From contig CAYQYU010000001.1 of assembly GCA_964421955.1 (NCBI GenBank), positions 1 through 64,000 of the forward strand: a DNA stretch of 64,000 bases. The letters run 5' to 3'. Under the pieces are notes generated by a model. The model did not search any database, had not been told where the DNA came from, and saw only the letters and a program-made list of their open reading frames with translations. The position numbers were made by a program, and so were the translations under genes. Below are positions 27,409-36,175 of the stretch, piece by piece. Position 1 is the stretch's first letter. Each line of letters begins with the position of its first letter. Source of the stretch: an uncultured archaeon. Lineage in GTDB: Archaea; Nanohalarchaeota; Nanosalinia; Nanosalinales; Nanosalinaceae.

Positions 27409-30400
27409 ACCACCAGCTTGATAGAGGCAGGGCCCCAGAGGTAAGGCTGTCCAGACAGCTGGGTCGAACTTACGTTCAGGCTGCCCGAGTTAACCGATAC
27501 TTCTACCACTCCGTCACCGTCAACATCCAGGGTCTGGTTCAACCTTTTTTCAGCATCTTTTACCGCAGCGCTCTGGTTCTCGAACAGCCCTGAGTATCCC
27601 ACTGAACCATCCACCAGGTAATCGTAGAATACCCTGCTGTCAGGGCTTCCTCCCTCCGTATCGTTCCTGTTGAAGGCGGTGTCGAGACTGACCTCATTAG
27701 CCCCTGTATTGATCTTTGCCCGGGGAATACTGATCTCGAACGGGTCACCCATCTTCCTGTAGCTGCTGTTGAACTTCCATAGCCTGAAGACGTAGTCATA
27801 ACCCGCGCTATCATTTATCAGCAACCTGTCTGTCCACCTGTTGGCAGAGTAAGAGGTTACTCTCGCCGATAAAGGTTCAGTTCCCTCGGGAATGTGGAAA
27901 GTGCCGTTCTTCGGTGATTCAACACTGCCTCCAAACCGTTCCGATACCTCGGATATCGGGAACTGGCCGTATCCCCATCCCAGGCTCGACGAGTAGTTGA
28001 ACCTTATGTAGGAGTCGCGAAATATCCTGCCGAAAGCATCGTCATCCGAGGTCCTGACTGTCTGACCGACAAAGCTGGCCTCCAGGATCTGATTGCTGAT
28101 GTTTGCAAAGATATCTTCCAGTTCGCCTGTGCCGGAGAAGTAATACTCGCCGCCGCCACAGTTCGCCGTCTCATTCAGCGTTTCGTTCGCCTCGCTGCTG
28201 CTGGGATCGAACGCCACAGTGTAAACAGTTATGTTGTGTTCGTCCTTGGCTCGACAACCTGCCTCTATGGTCTCATCCAGTTCGTCCACAGTCCCGTCAC
28301 CGTTGTGGTCCGGGACGCCCTGCATTCCTGATTCCTGGGTCGCCGCACCGTCGGACATAACTATAATTGAATGCTGGCGCTCCTCTGTACCGTTGACCTG
28401 CAGGTCAAACTCTGAAGTACCGCCCGTGTTCCTCAGCCTGGCGGCGACAACGTTCTCCTCAGGTCTCAGACCTATGTCGCTGTCGCTGGCGGACAAGTTC
28501 GCGGGTATGAATACAGAGTAGTCCTCTATCTCATTGTAACTGGGGTCCGAACAGGGATCGAGATGGAACTCCTCCCTCTCGCCCATTACCCTCATCATTA
28601 CCGTAGAGTTCAGTGCCTTTTCAGGTACTTTTATTTTCCTCGTAACCTCACAACCATCGCTGTCGCAACTACCGATCTTGTAAATTTTGTTGTCAGATAG
28701 CTGGTTGTCGTCGTCCCAGTCAAAAACTACGGATCCAAACTGGTGCCGAGGATCAGTGTACCCCCACCAGGTCGAGTACACGTAAGTCATGAACTCGACG
28801 TTTATCTCGTAGCTCTTGTGAGGTACCGTGGCATCGGTAATATCACCTGTAGAGTCGGTGTATCCCGAGTTGTCACCGGAGTTAACATTAATGCCGTTGA
28901 ACTCCACGCTTTCTATATAGTCACCATCACCCGTGTATCCCCCGCTGACAGAACAGTAGTTGGTAGCGTCCTCAGTCTCGTAGGCCGTGGTCTCGGGGTC
29001 ATAGGCGCCTCCTCCTGTAATAATCCGGTTCCAGTACTCGCCGGTGTGGTTTTCTGTGCCATTGTAAACCATCTTCCCATTAACGTAAAGACTTACAGCG
29101 TCGTCGGACCTGACGCCGAAAGAGACATTCCTGTAGCTGCGGTAGTTCGCCGAAAAACTCTTCCGGAAGTAGACCGAGCCATTGCTCTGGATCACAGTGT
29201 CAACACCTGAACTGTTACCCAAGATTGCCTGGTCAGAAGACCAGAAAGTGTCATTGTAGTAGAGCTCCGTCCAGTTCCAGCCTTCCGAGTCGTCCGGCGG
29301 AGAACCACTGAGATATGAGTTGTTGTACCGCCAGTCATCCTTCCTGGGGACCAGGACATCTACCTTCTTTTCAACAACGTTTTCAGTGGCCTCCAGGATA
29401 CCGCATGAGATGCAGGTACCTCCGTCCGCAACCATGTTATCAACAGTATTATTGAGCGCCGCTCCATCAGTATCAAGCCGGTGTCTCTCGGTTAGACCGT
29501 TCTCGTATCCTGTTATTCCCACTCTGTTGCCTGTTGCGTTCAGTATAATATTGACGAATGTTTTCCCGGCGTCCTTTGCCTCAGAAAGCCTCGAACCGGA
29601 CATACTTCCCGAGTTGTCGATGACGGCGACTGCGTCCGCGTTCGCACGTTCCCTTGTAAAGCCAATTTCTTTCAGCCCTACTCTCAACGGAACCGTGCTA
29701 TCGCTGATCTGATCGTATGTCAGGCCTGCATCCGTAACGTTGCCTCTGATCACAGAATCATCCAGTTCCACCGTTGTTTCCCCTGTTGTCCTGTTCTCGT
29801 ATACCGTCGCGTTACCCATTCTCATGAAAATTGTCTGGTTCATCGAGTCGTAATGGAGCTGGGCCTCCACCTCCTTGATCTCACCAGGGACGTAGAAACT
29901 ACCGTAGTAATTGATTATCCCATCGATACCAGGAATGTTCTTTCTCTCAATCCTGAAGTCGCTCTCCCTTGGATCAAGCTGCTCCGTCCGGTTGTACTCA
30001 ACCTTCAGGAAGCCTCCTCCGATACTCTCGTTGCCACTTGTGAAGTCAAGGTGGACAGTATTTGATCCAGGGTCAAGGGCCTCACAGCGGCTCTGGTTCA
30101 CCTTGTTGGTGCAAACCTGGAACACATCAGCGGAGAGATTGGCGTTATCCGGACTGTAGAGCCCTGAGCTGTACCCGTCGAGATACAGCCTGAATGGTCC
30201 GGAGAAGTCACCCTCAAGCGTGACATTCAGGACCGTATCCAGGTTTGGAAGTGTCAGGTTGTAGTAGATGTCCCCGTCGCCGACATAGCCGCCGAAAAAC
30301 AGGGTCTCCCTCTCGCGCTTCTTCACCTCGGAAAGCGAGGCACGGGCCTGGAAACCCTCGCTAGGTCTGTCAATCTTGTGGCCAGAGACCAGCCGAGAGA

Positions 30401-30881
30401 TGCTTGATACGGAGTCGGGGTTCGATGGAATCCCCGAGGTTGCGTAGATAACAGTTTCGTTGCCGTCCTCGTTGACCTGTAGCCGGTACTGGTACCTCTC
30501 GGGCAGGCTGGAGTTGAAGTATCTCTGTGCTGACTCTTTCGCATAACTGAGGTTCCTGGCAGCCCAGAGCAAGGTTATACCGTCAAGAATCGTCCTGTTG
30601 AGGTCAGAGTCTTCCATAACTGTCTCGTTCACCAGTTCCTGCTGGAAGGAATCACCGAAGACCTGGAAGGTCTGGCGGGAAGCGAGCCTCATAGAATCCT
30701 GTCCCGTCGTGTCAGCATTCCTGAAATCTATAGTATTCGAACGGAACGGGTCTGAAGCTATATCTGAAGACTGGCCCACGATGACCAGAGACATTGTCAT
30801 AACTACCAGCGCAAGGAAAGCATCGAAGGAGAAGTAGAAGCCCTTCCTGCGATTTTCCCGGAATATATTTTCTATTCCCAT
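27399..30881 (-). CDS. Large minor pilin/adhesin with split VWA, jelly-roll and GEVED-like domains
   Basis: RRKG/FYFSFDA signal; VIDNSGSM...GGT...IIVMSDG...VYTVAF VWA; YFRKSF..SDDAVSLYVNG; FDWDDD...EIEDY. Confidence 0.8.
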   Translation of the reverse strand: MGIENIFRENRRKGFYFSFDAFLALVVMTMSLVIVGQSSDIASDPFRSNTIDFRNADTTGQDSMRLASRQTFQVFGDSFQQELVNETVMEDSDLNRTILDGITLLWAARNLSYAKESAQRYFNSSLPERYQYRLQVNEDGNETVIYATSGIPSNPDSVSSISRLVSGHKIDRPSEGFQARASLSEVKKRERETLFFGGYVGDGDIYYNLTLPNLDTVLNVTLEGDFSGPFRLYLDGYSSGLYSPDNANLSADVFQVCTNKVNQSRCEALDPGSNTVHLDFTSGNESIGGGFLKVEYNRTEQLDPRESDFRIERKNIPGIDGIINYYGSFYVPGEIKEVEAQLHYDSMNQTIFMRMGNATVYENRTTGETTVELDDSVIRGNVTDAGLTYDQISDSTVPLRVGLKEIGFTRERANADAVAVIDNSGSMSGSRLSEAKDAGKTFVNIILNATGNRVGITGYENGLTERHRLDTDGAALNNTVDNMVADGGTCISCGILEATENVVEKKVDVLVPRKDDWRYNNSYLSGSPPDDSEGWNWTELYYNDTFWSSDQAILGNSSGVDTVIQSNGSVYFRKSFSANYRSYRNVSFGVRSDDAVSLYVNGKMVYNGTENHTGEYWNRIITGGGAYDPETTAYETEDATNYCSVSGGYTGDGDYIESVEFNGINVNSGDNSGYTDSTGDITDATVPHKSYEINVEFMTYVYSTWWGYTDPRHQFGSVVFDWDDDNQLSDNKIYKIGSCDSDGCEVTRKIKVPEKALNSTVMMRVMGEREEFHLDPCSDPSYNEIEDYSVFIPANLSASDSDIGLRPEENVVAARLRNTGGTSEFDLQVNGTEERQHSIIVMSDGAATQESGMQGVPDHNGDGTVDELDETIEAGCRAKDEHNITVYTVAFDPSSSEANETLNETANCGGGEYYFSGTGELEDIFANISNQILEASFVGQTVRTSDDDAFGRIFRDSYIRFNYSSSLGWGYGQFPISEVSERFGGSVESPKNGTFHIPEGTEPLSARVTSYSANRWTDRLLINDSAGYDYVFRLWKFNSSYRKMGDPFEISIPRAKINTGANEVSLDTAFNRNDTEGGSPDSRVFYDYLVDGSVGYSGLFENQSAAVKDAEKRLNQTLDVDGDGVVEVSVNSGSLNVSSTQLSGQPYLWGPASIKLVVWR

Positions 30882-31387
30882 ACCGTGTACCTCAGGTTTG
30901 CGGTCTGCATGTTTCCTGAAAGATTTACCTGGACCCTGCGCGTGAACGGGATTATAGTCTCTGCACCTGCCCCGGGAGCAGAGTAGTTGCTGCCGTATTC
31001 AAGTTTCTCGCTCTTAAACTCAAGCGTTCCTGTATCGTTTCTGACTTCCAGGTAGAACTCTGGCGCCTTCAGGAGTCTTCTCTGATCTTCATAACTCAGG
31101 TTGTGGAACCTGTCAAGCTTTTCTCCCTGGAGAACATTATCCGGCCTGGCAAAGCCCGGTATCTGGACGGTAGACGAGTTCCAGTCTTCCGGGTAGCCTG
31201 GAGTGGTCACGAGAAAAGTCGTCGTATATCTGGCCTGGCGCCTCATATCGGCCTCGGTGTCAAACTCCGTCTGGTTCGAGAGAACCGCGTTCCAGGAGGT
31301 CAGGAAGATTGTTATAAGAACACTGAAAACCAGAATGCTTCCTATATAGTCCGGCATGAAAGTCTGTCCATGACTACTCCTCAACAA
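30872..31387 (-). CDS. Pilin-like protein
   Basis: SHG/QTFMPDY plus hydrophobic helix; LV.TPG.P..W motif. Confidence 0.75.
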   Translation of the reverse strand: MLRSSHGQTFMPDYIGSILVFSVLITIFLTSWNAVLSNQTEFDTEADMRRQARYTTTFLVTTPGYPEDWNSSTVQIPGFARPDNVLQGEKLDRFHNLSYEDQRRLLKAPEFYLEVRNDTGTLEFKSEKLEYGSNYSAPGAGAETIIPFTRRVQVNLSGNMQTANLRYTVWE

Positions 31388-31778
31388 GCTTCACCTCCCC
31401 GTCCCTGTTCACAACCCGGAAGACGTTAGATTTGCCAGCAGTGATATTTATCTCGTCTCCATAGTAGCGCGAGGTCTTTATAGCGGAGTTGTTACCTCTC
31501 TGAAGGTAGCTCGTGCCGTTGAAGATCCTCACAGTGTACACGTCGCCGCCTATATTTTCAGGAACCGAGAACACGCGTGAGTAACCACTCCCCTGGACCA
31601 GAGCCATCTCGACCTGGAAAGAAACGTAGTCGGCAACCTTCTCTTCCTGGGCGCTGTTCTGGTACTCCCTGGATTCTATCTGCTTTGAAACCATGACACC
31701 ATATAGACCCGCGAGCATAAAAGCCGAGAGAGAAACCATCGCAAGAAACTCCATCGAGCTCTGTCCCTTCATCTCCAC
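31374..31778 (-). CDS. Pilin-like protein (class III signal)
   Basis: MKG/QSSMEF plus hydrophobic helix. Confidence 0.85.
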   Translation of the reverse strand: MEMKGQSSMEFLAMVSLSAFMLAGLYGVMVSKQIESREYQNSAQEEKVADYVSFQVEMALVQGSGYSRVFSVPENIGGDVYTVRIFNGTSYLQRGNNSAIKTSRYYGDEINITAGKSNVFRVVNRDGEVKLVEE

Positions 31779-31780
31779 GG

Positions 31781-32197
31781 CTAACTAACCACCCCAAGAA
31801 CAACCTCCCTGTCCTCGGCGTAGACCGTCATCTTGTGTCTACCCGGACTCCCAGGGATATTCCCTGTTATATTCTGGTCGAAGCTCCTTATCATCTGGGA
31901 TTCACCACTCTGGGTCCGGAAAGTGTATACAACCGAGTTATTCTGTATCAAACCTGACTCAATATTTTCCGAAACCTCGAAGAAGAAGGTTCTCTGGGCT
32001 GGCTCCCCTGAGGCGCCTACAGTTTTCACCGAGGTCTCCAGCTTGTCGAGCGAGTTCTGCATCGCAACGAATTCGGAACCCGTCCTGAGCTCGAGCATGG
32101 AGCTCTGGGCCTTGAGTATGAAAGGCGTCGAGAGTATGAGAGCGATCCCGAACACAGTTAGATATTCTATAGCCGCTTGGCCCTTATCCGATTTCAC
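31781..32197 (-). CDS. Pilin-like protein (class III signal)
   Basis: KSDKG/QAAIEYL; start reassigned to GTG 32197. Confidence 0.85.
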   Translation of the reverse strand: MKSDKGQAAIEYLTVFGIALILSTPFILKAQSSMLELRTGSEFVAMQNSLDKLETSVKTVGASGEPAQRTFFFEVSENIESGLIQNNSVVYTFRTQSGESQMIRSFDQNITGNIPGSPGRHKMTVYAEDREVVLGVVS

Positions 32198-32304
32198 ACC
32201 CAAAAGTTTCTCAACATGGTTAAAATCACCTGTCCCTCTACAAATAGCCACTATGAGATCACAACGCTTTTTTTAAATGGCGGCGGCCCGAAGCTCTAAC
32301 CATA

Positions 32305-34827
32305 ATGGAAACCGTTCTCTGGTTTGACGAAATCGACTCTGGCGACACCGAACGCGTTGGAGGAAAAAGCGCAAATCTAGGCGAACTCAACAACGAAATT
32401 GACGTACCGGTGCTACCGGGGTTCGCGACGACTGCTGACGCATACGACAGGTTCATCAAAGAAACAGACCTGAAGGAAAAGATAGAGACTCTGCTTGATG
32501 GCCTCGATACTGACGATGTAAATGATCTGCAGAGGCGGGGAGAAAAAATACGCGCACACATCCAGGAAGCGGACATGCCCCAGGATCTCAAAGACGATTT
32601 TGTAGCGGCATACGAGGAGCTGTCGGAACGACTCGGTGTAGATGATCCCGAGGTAGCGGTGCGTTCAAGCGCGACCGCAGAGGATTTACCAGGTGCTTCA
32701 TTCGCGGGCCAGCAGGACACATACCTCGATGTTTCCGGAAAACAGAATCTTATAAGGCGGATAAAGGACTGCTTCGCCTCCCTGTTCACGAACCGCGCGA
32801 TCAGTTACAGGGAGGACAAGGGATTCTCCCACTTCGACGTTAAACTCTCCGCAGTTGTTCAAAAAATGGGTCGCTCGGATATTGGTGCCGCAGGTGTAAT
32901 GTTCACGATCGATCCCGATTCAGGTTTCGAGGAGGTCATAACTATCAACGGCTCTTACGGTCTGGGAGACATGGTCGTCGCGGGAGAGGTCAACCCTGAC
33001 GAGTTCACAGTTTACAAGAGAAACATGGCGATAATAGAGAAGAAGCTAGGAGAAAAAGAGATCAAGGAAGTCAGGAGTGATGACGGAGCTGAAGAAGTCA
33101 AGACAGTCCAGGTTCCCATGGATGAGCGGAACAAGTTCTGCATAACCGACAACCAGGTTAAGGAACTCGCAAGGTACGGGGAAAGAATCGAGGATCACTA
33201 CGAGAAGCCTATGGACATAGAATGGGTACTCGACGGCCAGACCCGGGAACTCTACATTGTACAGGCCCGTCCGGAGACGGTCCAGAGCGAGAAGGATACA
33301 AATGTTATCAAGGATTTCAAGCTGGAGGAAGAATCCCGGGTTTTACTTGAAGGAAGCGCCATCGGTTCAAAGATAGGCACTGGAAAGGCGCACGTTCTTG
33401 AATCTCCGAAGCAGATCGACCAGTTCGAGGAGGGGGAGGTACTCGTAACCGACATGACCGATCCTGACTGGGAACCAATCATGAAAAAGGCAGGCGCCAT
33501 AATAACGAACAAGGGTGGAAGAACATCCCACGCCGCAATTGTCTCCAGGGAACTTGGAGTGCCAGCGGTAATCGGAACCGGGAACGCGACCTCACAGCTC
33601 GATGACCAGCAGCCGGTTACTGTTGACTGCTCATCGAGCGAGGGAAAGATATGGGAAGGGGAGCTCGAATTCAACGTTGAAGAGCACCACCTAGACGAGA
33701 TTCCAGATACTGAAACCGAGGTACAGGTAAACATAGGGGAGCCGAGCGAGGCATTCAACGTGGCACAACTGCCCGTCGAGGGAGTGGGCCTCGCCAGAGA
33801 AGAATTCATAATTTCATCCCATGTCGGCGAACATCCTCTACATCTAATTGAAGAGGGAAGGGAAGATGAGTACGTCGAAGCCCTGCGTTCAGGACTTGGA
33901 AAAATCGGGGCAGCCTTCTACCCCAACCAGGTCGTTGTAAGGCTCTCGGACTTCAAGTCAGACGAGTACGCTGAACTCGAGGGCGGAGGAGAGTACGAAC
34001 CCGAAGAGGCCAACCCGATGCTTGGATTCAGGGGCGCCTCCAGGTACTACGATGATACTTTCTCGCAGGCGTTCGAGCTAGAATGCAAGGCACTGAGGCG
34101 TTGCATCGACGAGCTTGAACTCGACAACATCACTATAATGGTTCCCTTCTGCCGCACTGTCGACGAGGGCAAGAACGTCCGGGCAAAGATGAAGGAATAC
34201 GGTCTCGACCAGGGCGATGTCGACGTCTATGTCATGGCAGAAATCCCGGCCAACATCATCCGGGCAGAGGAGTTCGCCGAGATTTTTGACGGATTCTCGA
34301 TAGGTACCAACGACCTGACACAGCTCACACTCGGCGTTGACAGAAACTCGGACAGGCTGAAAGAAGTCTTTGACGAGAGAGACCCCGCGGTAAAGCAGTC
34401 GATAAGGAAGTTGATACAGCGGGCCCATGCAAAGGACAGGCACGTCGGAATATGTGGAGACGCACCGTCCACACATGATGGCTACGCGGAGTTCCTGGTT
34501 AACGAGGGAATCGACGCAATCTCAGTTTCCCCCGATGTCGCGCTTGAGACGATAGTCAAGGTCGCGGAAGCAGAGGAACAGAAGGAAAGCGGAAGCGAGA
34601 AGTTCGAGTTCAGCATCGAGTCGATGATGGGTGATCCCGCAGGACAGGTCTACGGGGCACTTGAGTCCCATGGAAAGGCGACTGCGGGCAAGCTACTCGA
34701 TTATACACAGGACGCAGTAGACACCCAGACCTTAAACCAGGCGCTGGGATGGCTTGCAAAAGAGGGCAAGATCCAGATCGAGAATCATCGTGGCGCCGTA
34801 ACTTACAGGTTGAAAGATAAGAACTAG
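32305..34827 (+). CDS. ppsA: Phosphoenolpyruvate synthase with C-terminal winged-helix extension
   Basis: VGGKSANLGE, VAVRSSATAEDL..ASFAGQ, GGRTSHAAIVSRELG phospho-His, E.NPMLGFRG, FSIGTNDLTQ, GICG. Confidence 0.96.
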   Translation: METVLWFDEIDSGDTERVGGKSANLGELNNEIDVPVLPGFATTADAYDRFIKETDLKEKIETLLDGLDTDDVNDLQRRGEKIRAHIQEADMPQDLKDDFVAAYEELSERLGVDDPEVAVRSSATAEDLPGASFAGQQDTYLDVSGKQNLIRRIKDCFASLFTNRAISYREDKGFSHFDVKLSAVVQKMGRSDIGAAGVMFTIDPDSGFEEVITINGSYGLGDMVVAGEVNPDEFTVYKRNMAIIEKKLGEKEIKEVRSDDGAEEVKTVQVPMDERNKFCITDNQVKELARYGERIEDHYEKPMDIEWVLDGQTRELYIVQARPETVQSEKDTNVIKDFKLEEESRVLLEGSAIGSKIGTGKAHVLESPKQIDQFEEGEVLVTDMTDPDWEPIMKKAGAIITNKGGRTSHAAIVSRELGVPAVIGTGNATSQLDDQQPVTVDCSSSEGKIWEGELEFNVEEHHLDEIPDTETEVQVNIGEPSEAFNVAQLPVEGVGLAREEFIISSHVGEHPLHLIEEGREDEYVEALRSGLGKIGAAFYPNQVVVRLSDFKSDEYAELEGGGEYEPEEANPMLGFRGASRYYDDTFSQAFELECKALRRCIDELELDNITIMVPFCRTVDEGKNVRAKMKEYGLDQGDVDVYVMAEIPANIIRAEEFAEIFDGFSIGTNDLTQLTLGVDRNSDRLKEVFDERDPAVKQSIRKLIQRAHAKDRHVGICGDAPSTHDGYAEFLVNEGIDAISVSPDVALETIVKVAEAEEQKESGSEKFEFSIESMMGDPAGQVYGALESHGKATAGKLLDYTQDAVDTQTLNQALGWLAKEGKIQIENHRGAVTYRLKDKN

Positions 34828-34832
34828 GGTAA

Positions 34833-35249
34833 CTACTGGACATCTATTACCTGGTCCTGGATGGTTTCTCCCCGGTGCTTCAGGATGACCCTGTAGACTC
34901 CTTCTTCGATAGGCCTTGTCTCCGCGTCGTATACTACCACTCCACGGCAGCTGTCGAAGAAATTTGTGAGCGGGATTATATCAGTGGTCTCGATATCCAG
35001 GACTATGCTGTCACCTGACCTTGTGTAACTGTAGTCGAGATCTGCCATCGTGCTCTCCACGGGGAACATTCCCGAAAATGCAAGAGATCCTCTATCCTGT
35101 AGGTCGATCCTGGACTGGGGTCCGCGGTCGTAACTGCATTCAGTTTCGAGATCTGAGAACGAAATTGCGCCTGGTTCCCGGTCCGCGGTGATCAGCAGGA
35201 CAACTCCAATCAGGACCAGAACTGTCACTACTGTCCAGAACTTTGACAT
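34833..35249 (-). CDS. Membrane-anchored hypothetical protein
   Basis: N-terminal TM/signal, two Cys, beta-rich domain. Confidence 0.7.
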   Translation of the reverse strand: MSKFWTVVTVLVLIGVVLLITADREPGAISFSDLETECSYDRGPQSRIDLQDRGSLAFSGMFPVESTMADLDYSYTRSGDSIVLDIETTDIIPLTNFFDSCRGVVVYDAETRPIEEGVYRVILKHRGETIQDQVIDVQ

Positions 35250-35361
35250 AGTTACTAGTTTAGAGTAAAAAATTATAAACTGTTGGGTGAAAACCTGAAC
35301 TTAGGTCTTCTAAGACCAGCATCACCAAGTTTATTAACAGTGAAGCCGAATTCTTCGATAG

Positions 35362-36144
35362 ATGAACCAGGGCAGAGTAATTGGACTCATATCCGGTAAG
35401 GGGGGCGTCGGAAAGACCAGCCTTACTGTGAATCTGGGTATATCACTCTCTCGACTTGGCAACGAAGTAACTGTGATCGACGGCGACTTCTCCTCTTCAA
35501 ACATAGGCGTGCACCTGGGCAGATACGATCACCCTGTAAAGGTGCAGCACGTTCTCGAGGGAGAGGCACATCCTGAAACCGCGGTCTTCAGACATCCAAC
35601 GGGCATAATGGCGGCGGTCTCGTCCAACGAGATAGATATGGTCGAACCCGATACCTCACGGGTCAGGAACCTGGTGCAGCACGCGGCTCAGAACTCGGAC
35701 TACGTTCTTGTCGACTGTCCACCAGGTCTCAACGGTACGGTGGAAGATGTGATGGACGCGTGCGACGAACTAATGATAGTTACAATGCCAACGCAGACCT
35801 CGGGCATCAACGCAGCCCAGGTGATAGAGAAGGCCAAGGAGATGAGAAAGCCAATTCTCGGCACAGTCGTGAACATGTCAGAAGGCGACCCGGAAAAGGA
35901 GCTCGTGAACAGGGAAGTGGAGATGCTCACGGAGTCACACATACTCGCCGAGATCCCGTACGACCACGAGATGAAGAAGAGTCTCTTCGACAACCATCCT
36001 CTGGTGCTCAACGAGTCGCTTTCGGATGCGGCGATAGAGATACAGCAGCTCGCACATGACCTTGACGGCAGAGACTTTGAAAGGCCCGCTTTCCCGAAGT
36101 TCAAGAGAGGGGTCAGAAAGCTTAAAGAGGCATTCAGCAGCTAA
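35362..36144 (+). CDS. minD: MinD/ParA-family ATPase
   Basis: SGKGGVGKT deviant Walker A, IDGD, DYVLVDCPPG, IPYD; amphipathic-looking C-terminus. Confidence 0.85.
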   Translation: MNQGRVIGLISGKGGVGKTSLTVNLGISLSRLGNEVTVIDGDFSSSNIGVHLGRYDHPVKVQHVLEGEAHPETAVFRHPTGIMAAVSSNEIDMVEPDTSRVRNLVQHAAQNSDYVLVDCPPGLNGTVEDVMDACDELMIVTMPTQTSGINAAQVIEKAKEMRKPILGTVVNMSEGDPEKELVNREVEMLTESHILAEIPYDHEMKKSLFDNHPLVLNESLSDAAIEIQQLAHDLDGRDFERPAFPKFKRGVRKLKEAFSS

Positions 36145-36175
36145 TTTTATTTTAGTTACAGAAATTTTCCCGGAT

